Below are positions 8,677 to 19,900 of a stretch of 64,000 bases of DNA, one piece after another. The notes under the pieces are model-generated. The model had not been told where the DNA came from, ran no database searches, and saw only the letters and a program-made list of their open reading frames with translations. Position 1 is the first letter of the stretch, and each line of letters opens with the position of its first letter. This stretch comes from a virus: positions 64,001 to 128,000 of the IMG/VR virus record IMGVR_UViG_3300032236_000718. One strand, written 5' to 3'. The translations under genes were made by a program, and so were the position numbers.

Positions 8677-9902
8677 GCAATCCTGGTGATCTAGTAGTAA
8701 ATAGTCTGACTATAAAGGCTTCGGGAGGTACTCTAGACCTAACGAGATCTTTTAGCAGTATGCACATATATGAAAGTATATTTACACCTGGTATTGTATG
8801 TTATATTGATGTAGTAGATACTGATGACCAGATTGGAGTTATTAAACTCGTGGGTGGAGAGGCTGTAAACCTATCAATTCAAGTTCCGGGTGGCGATGAA
8901 CAGACATATAACTTCACAGTTATACACAATCACAATACAACTGGTGTGACTGCTTCTATGAAGTCAAAAATCTACACTATAAAGATGGTGTCAGATGAGG
9001 TTATACACGGACACCTTAACTATACTATTAAGTCTGCTGATACTCAGATATCAAACTTAACTAAGCAGATAGTTAAGGATCTACTACACAGTGACAAAGA
9101 GGTGATGGTAGAGGACACTCAGGGAAATCAACACATATACCTACATGGCGGTATGTCCGCTCATGATGCAATAGCTATTATAAGACAGAGAGCAGTATCA
9201 GCAGAAAACAAGTCTTCATTCTTTGTATTCTTTGAGACTAGAAGCGGTGGTAAGATGGCTTACAAGTTGTCTACTATAGAACAGCTATTCAAGGGATCTT
9301 CTGTAAAGACTTTCCAACAATCTGATGCAATTAATAATGATATAACTTCGCAGACTGATAATCAGATACTTGCTCTAGAGATACCAGCACACTTTAGCGC
9401 GCTAGACTTACTAAAAGGCGCAGCATCTGATGTTATAACATATGATTTATCTACACAGCAATACACAAAGAAAAGAATAGAGACAAATACTACAGACTAT
9501 GCAACAGGCGGTACTGGAAAGATGTTAACAGATGATGCTAAAGCTAAGTTTATAAATGCAGCAAAGAATGTTAAGCAGAAAATAGTATTGCAAGATAATC
9601 ATAGTAGAGCAAATACTCATATAGCCGAGACTATACATGATAAATCAGCTTACCTATCTGCTCTTGCACAGAATTCATTAAAGTTTAGAACATATGGTGA
9701 TTTTCAATTAGTTCCTGGTGCGGTAATCACATTAAATATACCTGTAAGATCTAGTACGACAGGTAATAAAGATAATGATAAGCAAATGTCTGGAAAGTTC
9801 TTGATATCTAGGATACATCACGACATCGGTTTAGCAAGTGAGAGTCCTAGATACACATGCGTAGTAGAGTGCATTAAGGGTAACTTGGAGAATGGCGCAT
9901 GA
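8673..9902 (+). CDS. Baseplate hub protein (gp27-like)
   Basis: IYESIF, FVFFET, GD....PG..I.L.IP, SGKFLISRIHH; located between gp53 and gp5. Confidence 0.65.
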   Translation: MSNPGDLVVNSLTIKASGGTLDLTRSFSSMHIYESIFTPGIVCYIDVVDTDDQIGVIKLVGGEAVNLSIQVPGGDEQTYNFTVIHNHNTTGVTASMKSKIYTIKMVSDEVIHGHLNYTIKSADTQISNLTKQIVKDLLHSDKEVMVEDTQGNQHIYLHGGMSAHDAIAIIRQRAVSAENKSSFFVFFETRSGGKMAYKLSTIEQLFKGSSVKTFQQSDAINNDITSQTDNQILALEIPAHFSALDLLKGAASDVITYDLSTQQYTKKRIETNTTDYATGGTGKMLTDDAKAKFINAAKNVKQKIVLQDNHSRANTHIAETIHDKSAYLSALAQNSLKFRTYGDFQLVPGAVITLNIPVRSSTTGNKDNDKQMSGKFLISRIHHDIGLASESPRYTCVVECIKGNLENGA

Positions 9903-11590
9903 GTGAGTTTAGTTTCTTTATAGCTAAAGTAGTTAACGTTATGGACGACCCACACAAGTCCGGGCGCGTTCGTGTAAGAATATTTGGAAGACACGATGAT
10001 ATCGGTAGTTTTCCTGATGATACTTTACCTTGGGCTTTACCAATACAACCTATAACTAGCGCTGCTATTGGTAGAATAGGTACATCACCTCTAGGATTAC
10101 TACCCGGATCAAACGTTATCGGTATGTATGCGGATCCAGCGCAGCAGTATCCTATGCTTCTAGGAAGTCTTGGAAAGAGTGGCGATCCTGATGGGGGTCC
10201 TGTCCAAGATGGTGTTATATCAATTGACCATAATAAGGGTGGTAGTATACCATCATACTCGCAGTCTGGAGCTCCTCTCGATAATATAGCTTATGGGGTA
10301 TTAGCTGCCGGAGGAGTTGCCGCAGCTATTGCCTTAACTAAGAAACTATACGAGACGGGCAAGGGTCCTGATCCATCGACGCCAAATACTAAAGGCGCAA
10401 CTATGACAAATGAGGTGAAGTCGAAGCTTCATAACTCTGATGCCCCTACTACTGCTTCAGTTGATCCAAAAGATAAAGGTGGTGTACTCGATCACATAAC
10501 AAAGGTTGATCCAAGCTCTATATCTGCTACTGTTAAGGGAGCAGTTGCTGGATTAATACCTGTAGCAAAGATGTTATCAGTTAGTAGCCCTGCTGGAATT
10601 AGGTCTTTAATGCATGGATCTTTTCTTGGTGGAATAACATCACTTGCTGCACTAGCTGGAATAGGTCCAGTCACATCGATGCTTAGTAGTGCTCTTGGAT
10701 CTATTGGCATTTTACCAGAAGGAACATTTCCAGACGGAGCTAGATCAATAATAATGGGTGCAATGACTGGTATGTTAGTTGCAGCTGCTGCTAATAATGG
10801 TCGACCTGCTGCTCCACAAAAACCGGCAGCAAGTGTTCCAACTGCAACTTCTCCAAAACCCCCATCACAACAAATAGTATCAACACCGCCAAGTGGATAT
10901 ATAAAGCAATACTATGCAGCAGGAATAGATCCTTGGCCTGGTTATATTGTTTGGAAGAATCCAAAAAACTCTAGTATTGAAGTTTATACACTAAGAAATG
11001 GTGAACCTAACTGGACATCTGCAGAGCAAGAGATAACATTTAAGCACTCTAGTGATGCTCATACCGGTCTTAATAATATATTAGCAGCAGGTCTAACTGG
11101 AGCCGCTGCTGGATTAGCATTAGGTACACTTATGAAGTCTATGGGATCCTCGATACAAGATATGGGTCTCTCGAATATACTTGGTCATGGAATAAATCTC
11201 GGCTCCATACTTGGTTCAGCTCCACAACTTCTTGGATTCTTAGGAACAAGTGTTAATAAGATTGTTTCTGGTAGACTTCCTATCTCCGCACTTAGCGGTG
11301 GTTTTGCGACAGCTATGGCTGGATTTACTGTCAGTCAAGCACTACTAGCTGCTAAGAAGTCGTCAATGGATGGAATGTATAAGAAGTCAGACTTAGATCA
11401 AGATCTCGAGATATTAGAAGCAGCCTTAGCCGTGATAGCTCTTATACAAGCGTTAAATCCTGGTTCATCTTCTAGCATATCAATTCCTCTATCAAACGGT
11501 ACTATACACACAGTTGGTGGAAATACATCTACTACTACAACTACAGTAATAGGATCTAACTTATTCCAAAACTTACAACTTATATCATAG
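9899..11590 (+). CDS. gp5: gp5 N-terminal part (OB-fold) with long hydrophobic Gly/Ala-rich extension; no lysozyme domain seen
   Basis: DDPHKSGRVRVRIFGRH...LPWALP....SA...G.SP......VIG.Y.D...QYP..LG. Confidence 0.8.
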   Translation: MSEFSFFIAKVVNVMDDPHKSGRVRVRIFGRHDDIGSFPDDTLPWALPIQPITSAAIGRIGTSPLGLLPGSNVIGMYADPAQQYPMLLGSLGKSGDPDGGPVQDGVISIDHNKGGSIPSYSQSGAPLDNIAYGVLAAGGVAAAIALTKKLYETGKGPDPSTPNTKGATMTNEVKSKLHNSDAPTTASVDPKDKGGVLDHITKVDPSSISATVKGAVAGLIPVAKMLSVSSPAGIRSLMHGSFLGGITSLAALAGIGPVTSMLSSALGSIGILPEGTFPDGARSIIMGAMTGMLVAAAANNGRPAAPQKPAASVPTATSPKPPSQQIVSTPPSGYIKQYYAAGIDPWPGYIVWKNPKNSSIEVYTLRNGEPNWTSAEQEITFKHSSDAHTGLNNILAAGLTGAAAGLALGTLMKSMGSSIQDMGLSNILGHGINLGSILGSAPQLLGFLGTSVNKIVSGRLPISALSGGFATAMAGFTVSQALLAAKKSSMDGMYKKSDLDQDLEILEAALAVIALIQALNPGSSSSISIPLSNGTIHTVGGNTSTTTTTVIGSNLFQNLQLIS

Positions 11591-11599
11591 AGAATATAA

Positions 11600-12328
11600 A
11601 TGGCAGACGTCAATAATAAAAAGTATCCAGACACACAGGTGACTCCGGAATATCCATTTGCAAAGGCAACTGTAAATCCGGATGGAAGCGGTTATTATGA
11701 GGATCATACTCCTGGATACGAAGCATTTAGAAAGTTTTTCTCTGATGGTAGTCATACTGAAGTCTCAAATAGTCCAGATGGTGGTTTAGGAAGAGAAGTA
11801 AAGGCAGCCTTAGGTAAAGTATTCCATAACTTAGCGGATGGTCATAGTCATGTTGTAGGTGGCCACTCAGATGTAAATGTAGCTGGAAACCACAGACATA
11901 ATGTCGGAGGAGATCATCATGAGGAGCATGCTGGTAATAAGTACTCAGCGACTTCTGGGCATAAAATAGAGTCATCTGGTGGATCAAGTATACAACATAC
12001 ATCCGACGGTGACAAGCATCATATAACATCCGGTAATGTCATAACAGACCATAGCGGAAGTATACACACTAATATTAAGGGTGATATAATTGAGCACGTG
12101 GGTGGGCACGGGGGACTAATAGTTTCTGGTGGTGACTATGGGGTAAATATTCAAGCTGGTAATATTGATATAAGTTCTGACATTGGAAAAATACATCTAT
12201 GGTCACTAGACGAATTAAAGCTTGAGAGCCTGTCTACTATAACACTCAAAGTTGGAACTAATACTATAGTTATTAATCAATCTGGTATTACAATAACTGC
12301 AGCGGCTGTAAGTTTCGTAAAGGCGTAA
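11600..12328 (+). CDS. gp5 C-terminal spike beta-helix protein (His-rich)
   Basis: PEYP, EDHTPGYE, 8-residue VxGN/VGGD repeats, C-terminal ITLKVGTNTIVINQSGITITA; followed by PAAR. Confidence 0.75.
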   Translation: MADVNNKKYPDTQVTPEYPFAKATVNPDGSGYYEDHTPGYEAFRKFFSDGSHTEVSNSPDGGLGREVKAALGKVFHNLADGHSHVVGGHSDVNVAGNHRHNVGGDHHEEHAGNKYSATSGHKIESSGGSSIQHTSDGDKHHITSGNVITDHSGSIHTNIKGDIIEHVGGHGGLIVSGGDYGVNIQAGNIDISSDIGKIHLWSLDELKLESLSTITLKVGTNTIVINQSGITITAAAVSFVKA

Positions 12329-12329
12329 T

Positions 12330-12629
12330 ATGGCATTTGCACACAGAGATGGTGATACTAGAGCATGTGGAGCTACTACAATAGCCCATGGTCAAAATTT
12401 TGTAACAATAGATGGTAAGCTTTGGTCTGTTGATGGTGACAATAATACTGATAGTGGTGGGGCACTACATCATACACAATCATATATAACTATTGGTGGA
12501 ATATATGCTATATTAGTCGGAGACCATGCTAGCCCGGATGGTAAGTCTCCTGATATTATTGATGGTGGTGTTACAGCACACGATGATCCAATAGCTACTG
12601 GATCAGATAACTTTGTCGACGTATCATAG
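12330..12629 (+). CDS. PAAR-like spike tip protein (gp5.4-like)
   Basis: AHRDGD...CGA, V.IDG, VGD, ATGSDNFV. Confidence 0.8.
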   Translation: MAFAHRDGDTRACGATTIAHGQNFVTIDGKLWSVDGDNNTDSGGALHHTQSYITIGGIYAILVGDHASPDGKSPDIIDGGVTAHDDPIATGSDNFVDVS

Positions 12630-12637
12630 GAATTCAG

Positions 12638-13060
12638 ATGTCAACGAGAGCAGATAGTTACACACAGTTAACAGGAAAAGTTGAGCAATTTAGTGACTTC
12701 TTAGTCAATTTTGACTCACATCCTATAACTGGATCATTGGGTAAGATTACAAATGAGGCGTCAGTTAGACGATCTATAATGAATCTTATATCAACAAACC
12801 TTGGTGAAAGACCTTTCCAACCATTTGTTGGATCGACTGTAAACAAAGCATTATTTGAGCCACTTGATCAGATTGCTGCATCTTCTATTAAGGAAAGCAT
12901 AGTTAAGACTATTAGTTATAATGAACCTAGGGCAAATTTACTGGATGTCACGGTATATCCTGCTACTGATAACAATAGCTTTATAGTTAATGTCGTATTT
13001 TCTCTAATAAATACAAATACACCAGTTTCAATAAATGTAGTCCTTAGAAGAGTAAGATAA
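12638..13060 (+). CDS. gp25: Baseplate wedge subunit gp25
   Basis: SV..SI.NLI.T..GERPFQP..G......LFE, I...EPR, C-terminal LRRVR. Confidence 0.93.
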   Translation: MSTRADSYTQLTGKVEQFSDFLVNFDSHPITGSLGKITNEASVRRSIMNLISTNLGERPFQPFVGSTVNKALFEPLDQIAASSIKESIVKTISYNEPRANLLDVTVYPATDNNSFIVNVVFSLINTNTPVSINVVLRRVR

Positions 13061-14887
13061 ATGGCCAACAGCTCAATAAACCTAACATCATTGGATTTTG
13101 ACACTCTTAAGGGCAACCTAAAGACATTTATGAAATCTCAGACTAACTTCAAAGACTATGACTTTGAAGGCTCTAACATGAGCGTTCTTTTAGATGTCTT
13201 GGCTTATAACACATATCTTAATAGTTTTTATCTTAATATGGCTATTAGTGAGTCTTTCCTTGACACTGCGCAGATTAGAGACTCGGTTGTTAGCCATGCC
13301 AAAGAACTTAATTATACTCCAGGTTCTGCAAAGTCTCCTAGAGCTCTAGTAAATGTTACGGTAACATCAAATGATAATCCAACAGGAATTATAGAAATAC
13401 CAGCAGGAACTACATTTTCTGGCTATAATGCTAATGGTACGTACATCTATACAACTGATACTAACTATGTTGTCTCATCCGTCTCTAACACTTTTATATT
13501 CTCAAATGTAGCTATATACGAGGGTACTTACTTTACAGATAGTTTTTATGCTGACTATACAGTAGAAAATCAAAGATTTATGCTATCTAATTTTAATGTC
13601 GACACAGACAGTATATCTGTAAGTGTAGTTAAAGATATAGGAACAAAACCTGTATATTATACAAAAGCCGACAAGATATATGATCTAACACCAACATCTA
13701 ATGTTTACTTTTTACAAGCTGCAGCTAATAGTCTTTATGAGATAGCATTTGGCGATAATGTATTTGGTCATTATCCAGAAAATGCTTCACTTATTAATAT
13801 TACATATAGAGTAACTAAAGGAACAGAGGGAGGAGGTATTAATTCTTTCTATTTAGATAAAGACCTAGGCCCGTTTAATCAGTGTCATACAGTCGCAACA
13901 GTAGAAACAGTATCTAGTTCAACAAACGGATCTAATTTAGAGAGTATTGAGTCTATAAGATTTAGAGCACCTAGATCTTATCAGACACAAGATAGAGCCG
14001 TAACAGTTAATGACTACAAGACGCTGATAATTGATAATTTTCAAGATATAAAAGATGTGCATATTTACGGCGGACAAGATGTTCCCGGAAGCACAAAATA
14101 TGGAACTGTTTTTATATCTCCAACCACATATTCTGGTAGTGTGTTGTCTAGCCAAAGACAACAAGATTTAATAACTTTCTTAAATACAAAAAAGATTATT
14201 AATATCCAAAATGAGATAGTAAATCCTGATTATGTGTATATAGTTCCAACTATTAATACAACTATAGATTATAATAGTACTACTTTATCTCCAGCACAAA
14301 TAAAGACTATTATAAACAATTCAATTACGACATATAACACAAAGTATCTTCAAATATTTAATAATACTTTAAGATATTCTGACTTTTTATCATATATTGA
14401 TGCTTCAGATACTAGTATTGTCGGATCACATGTAGACTTTCAATTATATAAAGAGATTACACCAACACTTATTGGAAATCAAACAATAACAAGCGTTTTT
14501 AATAACGCAATTAAGCCCGGTAGTGTTACTAGTACAAGCTTCTTAACAGAAGATGGAAATACGTATCAATTAACTGACTATAATCCTAATAATGATACAT
14601 TTGTTAGAGATACTACTTCTAAAACTTATAAGACAATTAACAAGAATCCAATAATATATTTGAAGCAAATATCTGTTAATAATAATCAATCATATAAAAA
14701 AGTTGGTACAATAGACTATTCTACTGGATCTATCACAGTACAAAATTTAAATGTTGTTAGTTTCTTAGAAAATCCTGGTATTAAAGTCTTTGTTATACCT
14801 GAGAATGTTGATATTAGTGGAGTCTTTAATAACATTATCGAGATAGATACATCGACTATCAATATTAATCTGGTTCCTAAAATATGA
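13061..14887 (+). CDS. gp6: Baseplate wedge subunit gp6
   Basis: LDFDTLK.NLK, FKDYDFEGS.MSVLLDVLAYNT, ESFLDTAQ.RDSVVSHAKEL.Y, TQDRAVT..DY. Confidence 0.95.
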   Translation: MANSSINLTSLDFDTLKGNLKTFMKSQTNFKDYDFEGSNMSVLLDVLAYNTYLNSFYLNMAISESFLDTAQIRDSVVSHAKELNYTPGSAKSPRALVNVTVTSNDNPTGIIEIPAGTTFSGYNANGTYIYTTDTNYVVSSVSNTFIFSNVAIYEGTYFTDSFYADYTVENQRFMLSNFNVDTDSISVSVVKDIGTKPVYYTKADKIYDLTPTSNVYFLQAAANSLYEIAFGDNVFGHYPENASLINITYRVTKGTEGGGINSFYLDKDLGPFNQCHTVATVETVSSSTNGSNLESIESIRFRAPRSYQTQDRAVTVNDYKTLIIDNFQDIKDVHIYGGQDVPGSTKYGTVFISPTTYSGSVLSSQRQQDLITFLNTKKIINIQNEIVNPDYVYIVPTINTTIDYNSTTLSPAQIKTIINNSITTYNTKYLQIFNNTLRYSDFLSYIDASDTSIVGSHVDFQLYKEITPTLIGNQTITSVFNNAIKPGSVTSTSFLTEDGNTYQLTDYNPNNDTFVRDTTSKTYKTINKNPIIYLKQISVNNNQSYKKVGTIDYSTGSITVQNLNVVSFLENPGIKVFVIPENVDISGVFNNIIEIDTSTININLVPKI

Positions 14888-16959
14888 GTATAGAGAAATT
14901 TATATCTCCGTTTGTAGAGTCTCAGTTCCCGTCTTTTTATAAGACTGAGGGGCTAAACTTTATAGCATTCGTAAAGGCATATTACGAGTGGATGGAGACT
15001 GAAGGACAAGTCATAAACTATTCTCGTCAACTCTTAGATATAGGTGACGTTGATAATAGTCTAGCTCAGTTTATGACTCACTTTAAGAATAAGTACATTA
15101 ATGGCCTTCCTGAAAATATATTAGCTGATAGACGCTTATTAATTAAGCATATAGTCGATTTATATAACTCAAAAGGAACTAAGAATTCTTATAAGTTCCT
15201 GTTTAGAATGATGTTTAATGAGGATATAGACGTTTATATCCCAGCTGATCACTTATTCTCTAGCTCTGCTGGAACATGGGTAAGACCAAAGCATATTGAA
15301 GTAGGTGATCATCCTAACTTAAAGTCTTTAGAAGGAAAAGTCATCAGGAGCTCTTCTGGAGCTACTGCAGTCGTAGACTCTTTTTCTACAAAAAGAGTAA
15401 AGGGTAAACTTATTAATGTCCTTTACCTTTCTGATATACAAGGCGATTTTTATTATGGTGAAAAGATATATTCACCTGGAATTATAGAGTTTGATAATTA
15501 TAGTCCTAAAGTATTTGGATCTTTAACAACTATCAGCATATTAAATGGTGGTGCTGGATATAATGTTGGAGATATATTAGATATTAGAGGAACAGGTTCT
15601 GATGGTCAGGCTACTGTAGCTTCTATTACACAAAACAATGGTAGAGTTGCGTTTGAACTGATTGATGGTGGATTTGGATATACTGTAAATGCTATAGTAT
15701 CAGTAGTTCCATCTAATGGATCAGGCAGTGGAGCTACTTTCTCAATAGGAGCTATTGCGGATAAGCAGATACTAAAGATATATCCAGACTCAATAACACC
15801 ATTACTTTACACTAAATTAGATCAGGACTCGGTTGGATATAACTTAATTATTAATAATGCTTCTGGGTCATTTGCTACAAATGAAAATATAACCGGTACA
15901 GGAAATAGTATTATTCTTGATGTAAGCTATATTAGCGGAGGAATATATACCGGAGAAGCACTAACAAATACGTCTATAGGTATAACCGGAGCAAATAAGC
16001 TTATTGTCTATAGAAGTGATGGTAACTTACTATATGTAACTGGATCAGAATCTGCTTTAAATTCTCCTAATTTATATAGCAGTGACACACATACTGGAGC
16101 TACATTTGTAAGTAATATTACTGGTTCTTCAGTCACTATATTAAATAAACACAATAAGATTACTGTAACAGCAAATGCAGTATTAAACAGCTCTGCTTCT
16201 AATTCAACATCTTTATATGTATATAGCATGAATGCTGACACTACACCAGTTGGATATTTTATGCCAGGAGCAACAATTACTGGTACTACTAGTAATACTA
16301 CTGCAAAGGTTGTCAGTGATACTCGTCTTACTGACTGGAATGTTGGAGGAAGTGTGTTTCCTGCAGCTTTAGGTGTTGTTAATCTTGATACAACGCTTAA
16401 TAATGCTTTACAAATAAGAAATGTTGAAATAGGAAGAATAGCATATCTTACTAATATAAATCCTGGTTCTGGATATGCATTTAACCCAACTGTTACTATA
16501 ACTGAACCTATAATATACTCCCTTGGAATTAAAGACGGTAGAGGTGGATTCTGGGGTTATGATGCAGTAGTTAAGGCTAAAGCTGGTACAGCAAATGGTG
16601 TTGTTACCTCAATAAGAGTAACCGATTCTGGAGCCGGTTATGTTCCCGATGAATATGTTTATCTTGTTAGCAATACAAATGATGTCGCTGTTTCTGGAAT
16701 AGCTATTGTGGACTCTACTGGAACTGATCGTGGATATTATGTAAATAATAAAGGATTCTTGAGCGACACCATGTATCTTCAGGATAGTAATTATTATCAA
16801 GACTTCTCATATGAGATAGCAGTCCCTAGAATGCTCGACACATATAAGAATATTGTTTTAGATCTGGTCCATCCTGTTGGTATGTCACTATTTGGAAAGT
16901 TTGCCGTATCTAGCCGAGTAGTTGGTCAGAAATCTAGACCAGTTTACTTTAATATCTAA
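14884..16959 (+). CDS. gp7: Baseplate wedge initiator gp7-like
   Basis: SQFP.FY....F.AF.KAYYEW.E, Y.SKGT..SY.FLFR..FNE, LQDS.YYQDFSYEI, LVHPVG..LFG. Confidence 0.75.
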   Translation: MSIEKFISPFVESQFPSFYKTEGLNFIAFVKAYYEWMETEGQVINYSRQLLDIGDVDNSLAQFMTHFKNKYINGLPENILADRRLLIKHIVDLYNSKGTKNSYKFLFRMMFNEDIDVYIPADHLFSSSAGTWVRPKHIEVGDHPNLKSLEGKVIRSSSGATAVVDSFSTKRVKGKLINVLYLSDIQGDFYYGEKIYSPGIIEFDNYSPKVFGSLTTISILNGGAGYNVGDILDIRGTGSDGQATVASITQNNGRVAFELIDGGFGYTVNAIVSVVPSNGSGSGATFSIGAIADKQILKIYPDSITPLLYTKLDQDSVGYNLIINNASGSFATNENITGTGNSIILDVSYISGGIYTGEALTNTSIGITGANKLIVYRSDGNLLYVTGSESALNSPNLYSSDTHTGATFVSNITGSSVTILNKHNKITVTANAVLNSSASNSTSLYVYSMNADTTPVGYFMPGATITGTTSNTTAKVVSDTRLTDWNVGGSVFPAALGVVNLDTTLNNALQIRNVEIGRIAYLTNINPGSGYAFNPTVTITEPIIYSLGIKDGRGGFWGYDAVVKAKAGTANGVVTSIRVTDSGAGYVPDEYVYLVSNTNDVAVSGIAIVDSTGTDRGYYVNNKGFLSDTMYLQDSNYYQDFSYEIAVPRMLDTYKNIVLDLVHPVGMSLFGKFAVSSRVVGQKSRPVYFNI

Positions 16960-16966
16960 TTTTTAC

Positions 16967-16974
16967 AATAAATA
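16967..16974 (+). promoter_or_regulatory. Late promoter (AATAAATA) upstream of gp8
   Basis: Intergenic near-consensus, 22 nt before the ATG. Confidence 0.6.
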
Positions 16975-16995
16975 TAAAAAACTATGGATAACTAA

Positions 16996-19900
16996 ATGAC
17001 CGCAGTCCTAACAATCCACCATTATATTGATATCATTAACTCGTTTGTACAGAATGTACTACACTCGAGAAAAGCATATTATATGTATGTTGGTAAGCCT
17101 GATTCTTGGATAGATCAATACGGTGCAAATACAAGTGTTCCATTTCCAACATCTGACTCTGTGACTCAGCACGAGTCACAACTCTATAAAGATATAATTT
17201 TTGGTAAAGAGATAACAGCTAACTCTATATCTTATATGGCTCCAAGACACAACTGGTCAAATGGAACTGTATATTCATTTTATGACCAAGATGATGGTGA
17301 TCTCTACTCTAAAAACTTCTATGTTATGACTGACAATTTTGAAGTCTATAAGTGTATAGACAATGGTGGAGGAGCTCCTTCTACAGTAAAGCCATCATTA
17401 AATTCAGCAAATGGAACATTTCAGACAGCAGATAATTATGTCTGGAAATACATGTATACAGTAGACACTGCAAATAACTCAAAGTTTACAAGTTCTGATT
17501 TTATCCCTGTTATTCCAAATTCGAATGTTGCAGGTCTAGCAGTACCTGGCTCTATTGATGCAATAAGACTAATTAACCAAGGAAGTGGTTATACGACATA
17601 TTATAGTGGTTATATTAATGGTCTAATTAATGACTATAATATATCGCTAGATAGAGGGGCTTCATCTATCAAAGATTTTTATGTTGGGTCTACAATTTAT
17701 TTAAAATCTGGTTTTGGAACTGGCCAGATGAGAAAGATAAAGGCTTACGATGGATTAAATCGTATAGTGAATGTTGATACTCCATTTGATGGCTATACTA
17801 TATTAAACGTAGCTAATGCTGCTGGTAGTTGGGCTCCTGGAGACCAAGTAACACAAAATATAGATTCTATAGCATATCTTTATTCATCCGGATTCTTTGC
17901 GCCAGGTGATCCAGTAATACAGTCAGATACACATGCTAATGGAATAATTGTTACTGCAAATGGTACTTCTCTTAATATAGTTAGAAATAGTGGAGATGTA
18001 TTATTCACGGATCAAGCTCAAGCATATCCTATAATCAATCAAACACAGGCTCCTGTTCTAAAGAACGGAACTGTTTCTGTTATGAATACTACTACACTGT
18101 TTATTAATGCAGTGTCTGGTACATTCCTAACAAATGATTATTCTGTTGGCCAATACATACAGATTGGATCTAACTCAAATAATAACGTAAGACTGATTGA
18201 GTCTGTTAATAGTAGTGTTATACAGGTTGACCTTCCATTTAACTCAGCGCTTATCTCTAATGTTCACTATCTTGTACCATATGCAACTACTCCAGATTCT
18301 ATAGTGCTAACAAGTGCTAATGGTTATATTACTAATACAAATATAAATGGTGCTATTTTACAATATAGTAATGTGTCTATATTAGGCCAGCCATTCATAG
18401 TTGGTGAGAAGGTAGACATGGTAGACATATCTAACACAGGTCAAGCTGTTTATGGAACTGTCTCTTTCTCCAATAATAATACACTAATACTGAGCGATAT
18501 CAATGGTTCTGGATTTATTGGAGAGACTGCAAATACATCTCTTACTCTTGGATTTAATTCAAATACGGGAATATTCAATCCAGGCGATGTTATAGTTGAT
18601 GCTAATGTAGCAGCTGTAGGAACTGTATCATCTGTCACACCTCAAATTGTGATAACAGCATCTGCTCTTTCTGGAAATGTAATATTTACAGTCGGAGAAC
18701 CTGTTTATCAAACAAATGGTACTGCGAATGTAGCCACAGGTATTGTATTCTCTTATGCATCTAATACTATTGTTATAGGTAGTCCCACCGGAATATTCTC
18801 TAACACTTATCAACTATTAGGTAATACATCTAATGCTAATGCTACAGTAGGAACTATAACTTCTAATAATACTATGGTAATTGGTAACGTTACTGGTGAT
18901 TTTATTGTAGGTGATAAGATAATAAATCAGACAAATAACAGTTCAAATGCAACTGTTACTAGCATTTATAGTACAAATCATTACGTAAAAGGTGAATCAT
19001 CTCTACAAAGAGCACACATCGATAAAGTAGTAGGTTATCCTAACATAACGATTAAAAATCAACTTGGTAATTTTACTCTTGGTCAAAAAATATATTCAAG
19101 AGATCCTGTTTCACTTACACAAAAAGCATCAGCTAATATAGTATCTTATTTTAACTCAATCAATGAGTCTACACAGTATTCAATATCACCAACTGTTAAT
19201 ATAGATGGTGATGGACAAGGTGCTATGGCATACTCTGTAGTTAATAATAGTATTGAACTATATTATACAAAAATAACCTCAAATAGTAATTTTTACGTTG
19301 GTGATGATATAACAGATACTACTGGTGGTGCTACTGGTATCATAACATCTATTAATTCGACAGCAATGATAGTAAATCTAACCTTAAATGAGTTTAGAAA
19401 AGATGATATCATTGTTAATAGAAATAGTGTTGGTGCTACTGTATCACAACTAGGAAAGATAATAAACGGTGTTAGTGCAGAGCTTTACTTTACAAGTTCA
19501 AATGGTACATTTAATGTCGGAGATATAATTAAAGACACAAATACTGGAGCTCAAGGTACAGTACAAGTTGCAAATAATAATTATGTCCTATTATCCTACA
19601 ATAATGGATTCTTTAATCCAGGTAATTATTTTATTAGCTCTAGAAATGTAGAGGGACAGATTAGTAGAGCTGTTGTATCTCCTTATAATATTGAAAAAAT
19701 AGTTATTACTAATACTGGTACCGGTTATACATTTGCTAATATAAGTGTTCAGGCTAATACACTCTATGGCAACGGTGCATCAGCTAAGGGTGTAATATCT
19801 CCAATTAAAGGACATGGATCTGATACTCTAGCTGAGTTAGGTGCAAGATATGTTGGAATATCGATGACATTTGATACTGGCTATAATGAAGGTTGGAAGT

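Noticed and set aside
11588-11602. TAG read-through or recoding joining the two in-frame gp5 parts
   Set aside because: A second in-frame stop (TAA) precedes the ATG, and other genes translate intact with the standard code
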